Under the pieces are notes generated by a model. It worked only from the letters and a program-made list of their open reading frames with translations. It was not told the origin of the DNA and searched no databases. A stretch of DNA of 64,000 bases, taken from positions 23,427 through 87,426 of the forward strand of contig DATBJO010000026.1 of assembly GCA_036556305.1 (NCBI GenBank). The letters run 5' to 3'. Shown here piece after piece: positions 1 through 8,686 of this stretch (the stretch's first letter is position 1; each line of letters opens with the position of its first letter). Both the position numbers and the translations under genes were made by a program. This DNA is from Gemmatimonadota bacterium. GTDB taxonomy: Bacteria > Gemmatimonadota > Gemmatimonadetes > JACCXV01 > JAHWKZ01.

Positions 1-508
1 CTAGGACCTGGAGCTCGTAGAGGCCCATCAGGTAGACGCCGCTGTTCCCACGCTCCTGCCCTTCGCCCGCGACCACGGGCGGCGTGCGCCATTCGACGTG
101 GAGCTGGACGTCGCCGAAACTGTCGCGCGTGACCAGGGAGCCCGTGTGGGGGACGACCTCGATCGCGCCTTCGACGACCCGCCACGGCGCCGGTCCGCCG
201 TCCTCGGCGCGCCAGCGGGAGAGGTCGGTTCCGTCGAACAGGACGACGGCGTCCGAGGGTGGCGGTGAGGGACCGGGCGGCGGGCCGGGGTCGACGACCG
301 GGGGCTGCGGCCGGTCGAGGGAATGGATCGGCCAGTCCCCGAGCTCTTGGCCGAACGCCGCGCCGGTTGTCGCCGCGAGCGCGAGAGCCGAGACGGACAG
401 CCAGGTGGCGATTCCGCGGGGGGGAGCGAGGACCATCGTCGTAAGCTGAGCCGCGCGTCGCGCGGTCGCAAGGGAGCCTCGATTGCAACCTTCCGTTCCG
501 TGGGGCCA
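1..508 (-). CDS. Secreted DUF1080 (3-keto-disaccharide hydrolase-like, LamG-fold) domain protein, 5' part only. The gene runs off the left edge of the window.
   Basis: The minus-strand frame, which has no stop codon in the window, translates to MAPRNGRLQS...IATWLSVSALALAATTGAAFGQELGDWPIHSL...LFDGTDLSRWRAEDGGPAPWRVVEGAIEVVPHTGSLVTRDSFGDVQLHVEWRTPP..GNSGVYLMGLYELQVLD. This matches the DUF1080 hallmark (W..EDG.L......G.L.T.. FGDF.LH.EWR......NSGVY.RG.YE.QILD). It has a signal-peptide-like N-terminus. It is not in the ORF track because no stop codon falls inside the window. Confidence 0.55.
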
Positions 509-558
509 TCCTACCTCTTGAACGCCGGCCCCGTTCCGAACATCGATCCGCCGGAGGT

Positions 559-3318
559 ATGCCCATGATCCGCTTGAGCCCCGTCGTGCTCGTCGCCCTG
601 CTCTGCATGACCGGCTCTCTCCGGGCCCAGTCGAATCCGCCGGCCGCCGCCGGCAACTCGGACGTCCTGTCGCTGGCGACGCCGGCGGCCGGCACGCCCG
701 AGCACGAGCGTCTCGCACCGGTCGCTCAGGCCGTGCGACTGGAGGGGGATATCGACCTCGACGGCGAGCTCGACGAGCCGATCTGGCGCACGGCCTCCGC
801 CGTGACCCGCTTCCTCCAGAGTGACCCGAATCAGGGTTTGCCCGCGACCCAGCCGACGGAGGTGCGCTTCGTCTACGACGACCAGACCCTCTACATCGGC
901 GCCAGGATGTACGATTCGCTGGGATCGCGCGGGGTGATCGGCCGGCTCGCGCGCCGCGACTCCGACCCGCCCGGCGATCGGCTGACGATCACGTTCGACA
1001 CGTTCCTGGACCACCTCGGCCAGACCGAGTTCACGATCAACCCGACCGAGACGCGGATGGATGCCTACGGGCCGGGAGGATCGAACCTCGACTACTCGTG
1101 GAACCCCGTGTGGCGCGCGGAGGCGGAGATCGACTCCCTCGGCTGGACCGCGGAAATCGCGATCCCGTTCTCGCAGCTCCGGTTCCCGCGCGGCGCGGAA
1201 CAGACGTGGGGCCTCCAGATCGAGCGCGAGGTCAGCCGGCTCAACGAGTTTCAGCTCTGGTCGTTCTGGACCCGCGACCAGCAGGGAGGGCCGTCGCGCT
1301 TCGGCCACCTGACGGGCCTCTCGATCCCCAATGCGAGCCCCAACCGCTTCGAGCTCCTGCCCTACGCGGTGGCGCAGATGGAGACGCAGGCGGAGATCGA
1401 CCCGGACGACCCCTTCGCGCAGGAGCGGGACCAGGACTACCGCTTGGGGGCCGACCTCAAGTACCTGCTGACGTCGAACCTGACCGTGTCGGCCACCGTG
1501 AACCCGGACTTCGGCCAGGCGGAGGTCGACCCCGCGGTCGTGAACCTCTCCGCCTTCGAGACCTTCTTCCCCGAGAAGCGCGAGTTCTTCATCGAGGGGA
1601 GCGGGCTGTTCAGCTATGGGGGACTCTGGTGCTTCACGTGCAGCAACATCTCCTCGCTGGACCTGCTGTTCACGCGGCGGATCGGCAGGGCGCCGCAGGG
1701 ATCCTCGCTGGCGTTCGACGCCGGAGACTTCGCCGACGTTCCGGACGCGACCACGATCCTGGGCGCGGCCAAGCTCACGGGGCGGACGCGCGCCGGGACA
1801 TCGATCGGCGTCCTCGGCGCGCTGACCGAGCGCGAGCGCGCGGACGTGGCTCTCGAGGGCGAAGAGGACTTCGAGCAGGAGGTCGAGCCTCTCACCGGGT
1901 ACATGGTCGGCCGGGTGAAGCAGGATCTCCTCGACGGAGACCTCCAAGTGGGCGGGATCGTGACGTCCGTCACGCGCAGCTTCGATGATGCCACCCTCGA
2001 GGACCTGCTGCCCTCCCATGCCGAGGCGCTCGGGGCCGACGCCGAATGGTGGTGGGGCGATCGCACCTACCACTACCTGAACAGCACGGCGATCTCGAAC
2101 GTTTCCGGGGATCCGGACGCCATCCTGCGCATCCAGGAATCGAGCGCGCGCTACTTCCAGCGGCCCGACCGCGAGCACGGCTCCAACGGACTCTTCACCG
2201 ATCGCTACGATCCGACGCTGGAGTCGATCCGAGGGTGGGCCACGTACAACCGCGTGGCGAAGGAGGCGGGGAGCTGGCTCTGGGAGGGCTCACTGGCCGC
2301 CCGCAGCCCGGGCTTCGAGATCAACGACCTCGGCTTCCAGACCCGGACGGACTTCCTCTGGTTGCACGGGAACGTGCAACGTCGCTGGACCGAGCCTACG
2401 AGCCGCTACCGCTACCTGCAGCTCCGTGTGGGAGCTCAAAACCGCACGAACTTCGACGGCGACCTCGAGGAACGGCAGGTTCACTGGAGCGCCTTCGCCG
2501 AGCTCCCGAACTACTGGGAGGTGTCCCTGTTCAACCTCGTGCGGCCGTCGGCGTTCGACCCCCGCGCGACCCGCGGCGGCCCCGTAGTCAAGTCGCCGGG
2601 GCACGGATTCCACAGCCTCTACGTGGCGACGGACAACCGGAAGCGGTTCGTGGCCTCCGCGGAGCCGTCGTACACGTGGATCGAGGGCGGCTACCGGGAG
2701 TACGCGCTGTTTCTGAATTTCACGTACAAGCCGGCCTCGAACATCTCGCTCTCGCTGGGGCCGTACTTCGAGCACGGCGAGTCCTCGGCCCAGTACGTGA
2801 CGACCGTCGAGGACGTGACCGCGCAAGCGTTCTACGGCAGCCGCTACGTTTTCTCCGATCTGGATCAGAACACGGTCTCGATGGACACACGGCTCGAGTG
2901 GACCTTCACGCCCCGGATGTCGCTCGAGGTGTTCCTGCAGCCCTTCTTTTCGAGCAACGAGTTCTCGCGCTTCAAGGAGTTCGCCGCCCCGCGCACGCTC
3001 GACAAACGGATCTACGGCGAGGACATGGGAACGATCGCGCTGGACGAGGGCGTGTACTCGGTCGATCCGGACGGCGCGGGGCCCGCCGCCACGTTCACCT
3101 TCGACGACCCCGATTTCAGCTTCAGCTCACTGCGCGGAAACCTGGTCTATCGGTGGGAGTACATACCCGGTTCGACCCTGTTTCTCGTGTGGACGCAGGA
3201 TCGCAACACCGAGCTCGACGAAGGCGACTTCGACCTCGGCCGGGACGCCGGTGACCTGTTCTCGACCGCGGCCGACAACGTATTCCTCGTCAAGCTGACG
3301 TACTGGCTCGGGATCTAG
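559..3318 (+). CDS. Large secreted DUF5916 / carbohydrate-binding family 9-like domain protein (919 aa)
   Basis: The track ORF has a signal peptide (MPMIRLSPVVLVALLCMTGSLRAQ). The N-terminal region is CBM9-like (VRLEGDIDLDGELDEPIWRTASAVTRFLQSDP...TEVRFVYDDQTLYIGARMYD). It is followed by a long beta-rich region typical of DUF5916 proteins. Confidence 0.65.
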   Translation: MPMIRLSPVVLVALLCMTGSLRAQSNPPAAAGNSDVLSLATPAAGTPEHERLAPVAQAVRLEGDIDLDGELDEPIWRTASAVTRFLQSDPNQGLPATQPTEVRFVYDDQTLYIGARMYDSLGSRGVIGRLARRDSDPPGDRLTITFDTFLDHLGQTEFTINPTETRMDAYGPGGSNLDYSWNPVWRAEAEIDSLGWTAEIAIPFSQLRFPRGAEQTWGLQIEREVSRLNEFQLWSFWTRDQQGGPSRFGHLTGLSIPNASPNRFELLPYAVAQMETQAEIDPDDPFAQERDQDYRLGADLKYLLTSNLTVSATVNPDFGQAEVDPAVVNLSAFETFFPEKREFFIEGSGLFSYGGLWCFTCSNISSLDLLFTRRIGRAPQGSSLAFDAGDFADVPDATTILGAAKLTGRTRAGTSIGVLGALTERERADVALEGEEDFEQEVEPLTGYMVGRVKQDLLDGDLQVGGIVTSVTRSFDDATLEDLLPSHAEALGADAEWWWGDRTYHYLNSTAISNVSGDPDAILRIQESSARYFQRPDREHGSNGLFTDRYDPTLESIRGWATYNRVAKEAGSWLWEGSLAARSPGFEINDLGFQTRTDFLWLHGNVQRRWTEPTSRYRYLQLRVGAQNRTNFDGDLEERQVHWSAFAELPNYWEVSLFNLVRPSAFDPRATRGGPVVKSPGHGFHSLYVATDNRKRFVASAEPSYTWIEGGYREYALFLNFTYKPASNISLSLGPYFEHGESSAQYVTTVEDVTAQAFYGSRYVFSDLDQNTVSMDTRLEWTFTPRMSLEVFLQPFFSSNEFSRFKEFAAPRTLDKRIYGEDMGTIALDEGVYSVDPDGAGPAATFTFDDPDFSFSSLRGNLVYRWEYIPGSTLFLVWTQDRNTELDEGDFDLGRDAGDLFSTAADNVFLVKLTYWLGI

Positions 3319-5150
3319 AGCTTCTCCAGAAGCGCCAGGTAGCGGGGCTCGTCCCTGATCGAGTCGAGGTCGCTGTCGTGTTCGACCCACTCTCTCGACA
3401 CGCGCCCCACCGCGGCGGCCTTCTCGAGGCAGTCGATCGCGGTCCCGTTCTCTCCGGCGATGGCATAGAAACAAGCCAGGTTGTAGAGGACCCCGCGGTC
3501 GTCGGGGCTCAGCTCGAGCGCCCGCTCCGCCCACTCCCTGGCGAGCTCCGTCTCGCCCGTCTGCAAGAAAGCGTTTGCGCCCAACACGAGGGCCCGCACG
3601 TCGTCGGGATTGAGCTTGACGTGTTTCTTCACCAGCCGCACGCCGCGCTCGAAGGCGGCGCGAACTTCGGCTTCCCTGCCGAGCGAGGTATAGACCTGGG
3701 TGACGAGCATCGGAGCTTGGTAATCGTCCGGTCGCACCGCGCATGCGCCTTCGAACATCTGCGCGGACTTCTCGTATTCTCCTTGCATCATGGCGGCCCG
3801 GGCGTAGAAGTAGTAGGCCTCGTACAGCGTCGGGTCCAGATCGATCGCGGTTTCGAATTCCCGCTCCGCCTCCTCGTAGTTCTTCTCGAGCGTGAGCACG
3901 TGACCTCGGGCGGCGTGGGCCTCGGCGAGATCGGGATCCAGCTCGAGCGCCCGCCGGCTCGCCTCGTCGGCCCGCTCGAGGTTCGATTCGTCCTTCTCGT
4001 ACCACATGTATAGTACGCCGGCGGCGTCCGCCAGACCGGCGTAGGCGAGGGCGAATCCGGGATCGATTGCGATCGCTCGAGAGAATTCCTCCAGGGCGGG
4101 CTTCAGCCCCCCGCGTTGATCGTGCAGGAACCTTCGACCTCGCAAGTAACAATCGTAGGCGTTGATGTCGGCGGTCGGAGCTTTTTCGATCTCGCGCTCC
4201 TGCTTGGGGCTGAGAGTGATCTCCAGGGCGCCCACGATGCTGCGCGCGATCTCGTCCTGCACGGCGAAGATGTCCTCGAGCTCGCGATCGAAGGTCTCGG
4301 ACCACATGTGAAAGCCGGAGTCCGCGTCGATGAGCTGTGCGGTGATGCGGATCCGCTTGCCCGCGCGGCGGACACTGCCTTCCAGGACGGTCTTGACCCC
4401 CAGCTCCCTGGCGATCGACTGGACGCCGATCTCCTTCTTCTTGAACGCGAAGGACGACGTGCGGGCGGAGACCTGGAGCTGGGGCAGCTTGGTCAGGAGG
4501 TTGATGAGCTCCTCGGAGATCCCGTCGCTGAAGAATTCGTTCTCCGGATCCGAGCTCCAGTTCGCGAAGGGAAGCACCGCGATCGATCGCTTGTCCGGGG
4601 TATGTCCGGCGGCCTCCCTCGCCGGCACGCTGGGGGAGTCGAAGCGAACGCCATAGACCCGGATCGGGCGTGCGATGTTCTTGACCGTGACCTCGCCGAG
4701 GTCGCGGAGGGGAACGTCGACCCTTCCGCGAGCCAGGTCCCAGGCGCCCTGCGATATGCAGATGCCCCCGGGATCCGAGAGGTTTTCCAGCCGTGATGCG
4801 ACGTTGACCCCGTCCCCGAAGATGTCCTCGCCGTCGATGATGACGTCGCCGAGGTTGATCCCGACCCGAAACTGCAACCGCCGGTCTTCCGGCATTCCGG
4901 CGCCACGCTCGGCCATGTTCTCCTGCACCACGACGGCGCAACGCAGAGCGTCGACCACGCTCGGGAACTCGACCAGGAGTCCGTCGCCGGTCGTCTTCAC
5001 GATCCGGCCGTGATGTTTCGTGATCGCCGGGTCGACGACGTTCGCACGAACTTCCTTGAGGGAGGCGAGCGTGCCCTCTTCGTCGCGTCCCATCAGACGA
5101 CTGTAGCCGACCACGTCGGCCGCGAGGATCGCGGAGAGCCTCCGGTCCAT
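3315..5150 (-). CDS. Class III adenylate/guanylate cyclase with C-terminal TPR repeats
   Basis: MDRRLSAILAADVVGYSRLM...VKTTGDGLLVEFPSVVDALRCAV...FRVGINLGDVI is a cyclase catalytic core. Multiple TPR-like repeats follow (AYAGLADAAG.., YEEAEREFETAIDLDPTLYEAYYFYA..). The start was chosen at the internal Met in front of the cyclase domain. Confidence 0.8.
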   Translation of the reverse strand: MDRRLSAILAADVVGYSRLMGRDEEGTLASLKEVRANVVDPAITKHHGRIVKTTGDGLLVEFPSVVDALRCAVVVQENMAERGAGMPEDRRLQFRVGINLGDVIIDGEDIFGDGVNVASRLENLSDPGGICISQGAWDLARGRVDVPLRDLGEVTVKNIARPIRVYGVRFDSPSVPAREAAGHTPDKRSIAVLPFANWSSDPENEFFSDGISEELINLLTKLPQLQVSARTSSFAFKKKEIGVQSIARELGVKTVLEGSVRRAGKRIRITAQLIDADSGFHMWSETFDRELEDIFAVQDEIARSIVGALEITLSPKQEREIEKAPTADINAYDCYLRGRRFLHDQRGGLKPALEEFSRAIAIDPGFALAYAGLADAAGVLYMWYEKDESNLERADEASRRALELDPDLAEAHAARGHVLTLEKNYEEAEREFETAIDLDPTLYEAYYFYARAAMMQGEYEKSAQMFEGACAVRPDDYQAPMLVTQVYTSLGREAEVRAAFERGVRLVKKHVKLNPDDVRALVLGANAFLQTGETELAREWAERALELSPDDRGVLYNLACFYAIAGENGTAIDCLEKAAAVGRVSREWVEHDSDLDSIRDEPRYLALLEKL

Positions 5151-5252
5151 GGCGTTCACCAACGAATCAAACGGTTGGAAAGTGGGTCCCGAATATCGGG
5201 CACGCTGCGAATCTACCGCGCGAAGGGATGCCCATGCCATCGAGCGGCCGCA

Positions 5253-6167
5253 TCATGAGGACGCGAGGATCGCGCTGGCGAGCGGATCGCCGACACGGAT
5301 CTCGCGGCCGGGGACGATGCGGGGATCGAGCTCGAAGAGACCGGCTTCGAACAGGACGACGACGCTCGAGCCGAGGTGGAAAGCCATGAGCTCGTCGCCC
5401 GCGCTCAGTTCGATCGGGGGGTCGTAGCGGCGCGAGTCGATCGTGCGGGCGCGCGCGGACTTCACCCCGCGCCGATTCGTGACCCCCCCGCGCGGGTCGT
5501 TCCAGTCCGGATCGAAGACGGCCTCGATCCGGCCCACGTTCGTCGCGCCCACAGCCACCACGGCCACCTCCCCGGCGGTGGCGTCCAGTTCGCACACAAG
5601 CCGCTCGTTGCGCGCGAAGAGCTCCGGTACAGAGGCCACGGCGGGCGCATTGACGGGCAGGAGGTTCCCCGGGACGTGGCGCGCGGCGACCAGCCGGCCG
5701 CGGGTCGGCGCGTGGATCCGGTGGTAGTGACGGGGGGCGAGGTACAGGGTGACGAACGGGCCGTCGGAAAGGCGTGCGGCGAGATCGCCGTCGCCCAGAA
5801 AATCCTCCGCCGAGTACTCGAGGCCTTTGGCCTGGAGCATGCGCCCTCGCGAAGCCCGGCCCACCTGGCCGACGATCCCGTCGACCGGTGAGCCCGCTCC
5901 AGAAGGATCGGCGCGCCACGGCCGCGCGCCGGGACGGAGCCGGCGCACGAAGAAGGCGTCGAGCGTCGCGTACTCCTCCAGCGGCCGCTCGGCTTCGTCG
6001 GGGTCGGCGCCGGTCGCCCGGGCGAACGCGGACAGAACGGGCCGCCGCATCGGGCGCGGAATCGGGACGTCGGCGAGGCGCCCCGCGAAGCGCGACAGTG
6101 TGCCCTGCGGGAGTCGCTCGAGCGCGGAGATCGCTCCCCGCCAGAACGCGATGCGTGGTTTGTCCAT
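5253..6167 (-). CDS. psd: Phosphatidylserine decarboxylase family protein
   Basis: MDKPRIAFWRGAISALERLP...FFVRRLRPGARP...YLAPRHYHRIHAP...FHLGSSVVVLF. This is Psd-like, including the C-terminal GS(S/T) autocleavage region. The start was set at the internal Met in front of the conserved region (ATG confirmed at 6167). Confidence 0.75.
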   Translation of the reverse strand: MDKPRIAFWRGAISALERLPQGTLSRFAGRLADVPIPRPMRRPVLSAFARATGADPDEAERPLEEYATLDAFFVRRLRPGARPWRADPSGAGSPVDGIVGQVGRASRGRMLQAKGLEYSAEDFLGDGDLAARLSDGPFVTLYLAPRHYHRIHAPTRGRLVAARHVPGNLLPVNAPAVASVPELFARNERLVCELDATAGEVAVVAVGATNVGRIEAVFDPDWNDPRGGVTNRRGVKSARARTIDSRRYDPPIELSAGDELMAFHLGSSVVVLFEAGLFELDPRIVPGREIRVGDPLASAILASS

Positions 6168-6231
6168 CCGTGCCCGGTATCTTAGCCCTGACGATCCGGC
6201 CAGACACTTCCCGCTTCGGAGGCTGTCCCCC

Positions 6232-6738
6232 ATGACGCGTCGTCTAGCGCGTGCCGTTTCCGATCTCGTTTGCCGCCGATCCCTGCTGCGCGCGCTCGGT
6301 TTCGCCGGGTTCGTCCTCGCGGTTCCCAGTGTCGCGGAGGCGATCGCCCAGGAGCCGGCTGCGTCGCCCGCGGAATCGGCTGCGGTCCGGGCCGTGGTCC
6401 AGGGCTTCAAGGACGCGCTCGCGGCGGGCGACTCGACCGCGGCGCTCGGCTACCTGCATCCCGATCTCGTCGTCTACGAAGGCGGCCACGCGGAGTCGCT
6501 CGCCGAATACCGCGCCGGCCACCTGGCAGCGGACATGGAGTTCGCCGCCGCGGTCGAGACCACGGCGTTGGAACAAGGCGTGATCGTCCGTTCCGACATG
6601 GCGCTTTGGGTGAGCGAGAGCGAATCGAAAGGAGAGTTCCGCGGGCGGCCGATCGATTCGCACGGTACCGAGACGATCGTTCTCATCCCGACGGATGCCG
6701 GCTGGAAGATCCTCCATGTGCACTGGTCGAGCCGCTGA
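6232..6738 (+). CDS. Secreted NTF2-like (SnoaL/DUF4440-like) protein with a Tat-type signal peptide
   Basis: MTRRLARAVSDLVCRRSLLRALGFAGFVLAVPSVAEA carries a twin-arginine motif. The fold ends ...AGWKILHVHWS, typical of NTF2-like domains. Confidence 0.6.
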   Translation: MTRRLARAVSDLVCRRSLLRALGFAGFVLAVPSVAEAIAQEPAASPAESAAVRAVVQGFKDALAAGDSTAALGYLHPDLVVYEGGHAESLAEYRAGHLAADMEFAAAVETTALEQGVIVRSDMALWVSESESKGEFRGRPIDSHGTETIVLIPTDAGWKILHVHWSSR

Positions 6739-6759
6739 GGAAGGCCGTGCGGGCGCTTC

Positions 6760-8661
6760 CTAGTTCGCCGACCAGCGGTCGTTCGCGCGGTCGACGTCCG
6801 GGTAGACGCCTCGCGGGTCGAGCCGCGCTTCGATCACATTCCGACCGCGAGCGCTCCACATGAATCGGTCTCCCAGATTCCACATCTCGACCGGGAGCCT
6901 CACGACCTCGGACTCGCCGTTCTCGTAGGTGACCTCAAGCTCGACGGGCATCACGCTCTCGCCGCGATTCTCGATCACGATCCCGGTTCCCACGTTCGTC
7001 TTTCTCACCTCGGCAATCGCGACGTCGAGGCGCGCGGTCTCGTAGAGCCACTCGCGCCAGAACCAGTCCAAGTCCATGCCGGTCTCGTCCCGCATCATGC
7101 GGAAGAAGTCGGCGGGAGTGGGGTGCTTGAACGCCCACGCGTCGGCGTACGCTCGGAAGGCGCGGTCGAACCGCTCGGCGCCGAGCACCTCGTCTCGAAG
7201 GAGGCGGAAGACCAGGGCGGGCTTCCGATAAGCGGTCCAGTACAAGTCGTGCTGTTCCACCGGGCGCAGCCCGATCGCCTGCTCCACTCCGGGGATCGCG
7301 TGCGCCGGGTACTCGTGGAGCGGCGCTTGCCCGACCGTATCTCCGAACGCAGTGCCTGAGAAGTAATCGGCTTGACCGTAAGTGTCGATGAACGTGTTGA
7401 ATCCCTCGTCCATCCAGGGATGCAGACGCTCATTCGATCCTACGACCATCGGGAACCACTCGTGGCCGAACTCGTGCATCAGCGTAAAGTGCAGGTTCTC
7501 GCGGTTCGCCCCCGCGACGAACGTGATCATCGGATACTCCATGCCCGCGATCGGCCCCTCGATCGTCGTCGCATGCGGATACGGGTAACGCCGCCAGTGC
7601 TCGCTGAAGTATCGGATGGTGTGCTTCGCCATCTCGATCGCCTCGTTCCAATGCGCCGCGCCCGGCCGATAGACGGTATCGATCCGGATCCCGTCCCAGG
7701 ACGTCGCGTCCCACCGGACCCTCGGGGACATCGCGAACGCGAAGTCGCGGACGGAGTCGGCGGTGAAATGCCAGTTCAACGTGCCGGCGACCGAGGGGCG
7801 GGTGGCGGGGTCCCCGGCCTCCTCGGCGGTGACGACCGCGACGGGCTCGGCGGATGACATCGCTCGCTCCAGGCGCTCTCGCTGGGTGGCGGTCAGCACG
7901 CTCTCGGGGTTCCGGAGCTCGCCGGTCGCGAAGACGAGGTACGGAGCAGGAACGGTGAGTTCGACATCGAAGGAGCCGTACTCGAGGTAGAACTCCCCGG
8001 CGCCGATGTAGGGTTCGTGGTTCCAGCCCCGCACGTCGTCGTAGACGGCAAGCCGGGGATACCACCACGCGATCTCGTACAGGTCCCCGTCGATCCCCAT
8101 GCGACCGGCCCCGTATGGAGGGATCGGGAAGGACCAGCCGATTTCGATCTCGAGAGCCCCGCCCGCCGGGATCGGCGCGGGGAGATCGACGCGCATCATC
8201 GTTCCGTAGATCGCGTGCTCCAGCGGACGCCCGCCCGTGGAGACTTCGCCGAGCGTGACTCCGCCCTGGAAACCCTGGCACGAGAAGTCGAATGCGACCT
8301 CCCCGAAGACGAGCGGCGGCTGGTCGAGGGTGCTGGCGATCGACGTGGGTGCGCAGACGTTCTGGTCCAGCTGCATCCAGAGATAGGGAAGCGGAACCGG
8401 CGATCGGTTCTCGTAACGGATCGTCTCGCGCCCGGACAGCACGTTCGTCCCCGGATCCACGCTCGCCTGGATCCGATAGTCGACCCGCTGCTGCCAGTAC
8501 TCGGGACCGGGCCGGCCGTCGGCTCCCCGCCACACGGTCGGGGCGGGCAGGTCGAGCGGCCGGAAGGGCGAGAGATGGGGGATCGTATCGACCTGCGCGC
8601 GGGCCGGAGCGGGCAGGAGGCCGACGGCGAACGAGAGGATGAGCAGTGACCTCACGCGCAT
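6760..8661 (-). CDS. Secreted M1-family zinc metallopeptidase (aminopeptidase N-like)
   Basis: Signal peptide MRVRSLLILSFAVGLLPAPARAQ. HEXXH zincin motif TLMHEFGHEWF followed by a downstream Glu (WMDEGFNTF), typical of M1 peptidases. Confidence 0.8.
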   Translation of the reverse strand: MRVRSLLILSFAVGLLPAPARAQVDTIPHLSPFRPLDLPAPTVWRGADGRPGPEYWQQRVDYRIQASVDPGTNVLSGRETIRYENRSPVPLPYLWMQLDQNVCAPTSIASTLDQPPLVFGEVAFDFSCQGFQGGVTLGEVSTGGRPLEHAIYGTMMRVDLPAPIPAGGALEIEIGWSFPIPPYGAGRMGIDGDLYEIAWWYPRLAVYDDVRGWNHEPYIGAGEFYLEYGSFDVELTVPAPYLVFATGELRNPESVLTATQRERLERAMSSAEPVAVVTAEEAGDPATRPSVAGTLNWHFTADSVRDFAFAMSPRVRWDATSWDGIRIDTVYRPGAAHWNEAIEMAKHTIRYFSEHWRRYPYPHATTIEGPIAGMEYPMITFVAGANRENLHFTLMHEFGHEWFPMVVGSNERLHPWMDEGFNTFIDTYGQADYFSGTAFGDTVGQAPLHEYPAHAIPGVEQAIGLRPVEQHDLYWTAYRKPALVFRLLRDEVLGAERFDRAFRAYADAWAFKHPTPADFFRMMRDETGMDLDWFWREWLYETARLDVAIAEVRKTNVGTGIVIENRGESVMPVELEVTYENGESEVVRLPVEMWNLGDRFMWSARGRNVIEARLDPRGVYPDVDRANDRWSAN

Positions 8662-8686
8662 GGGGCGCGGCTGCATCCTCGACGAC

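Noticed and set aside
511-2178. 555-aa minus-strand ORF lying entirely antisense to the DUF5916 gene. Similar long Arg/Pro/Ala/Gly-rich ORFs occur throughout the track (e.g. 3127..4941, 5167..6207, 14058..15359, 22064..24205, 26008..27762, 28420..30309, 36424..39186, 38238..40346, 61422..63218 upstream part).
   Set aside because: At about 70% GC, stop codons are rare in antisense frames. These ORFs have low-complexity R/P/G/A-rich translations and no recognisable domains. They overlap well-supported genes on the other strand.
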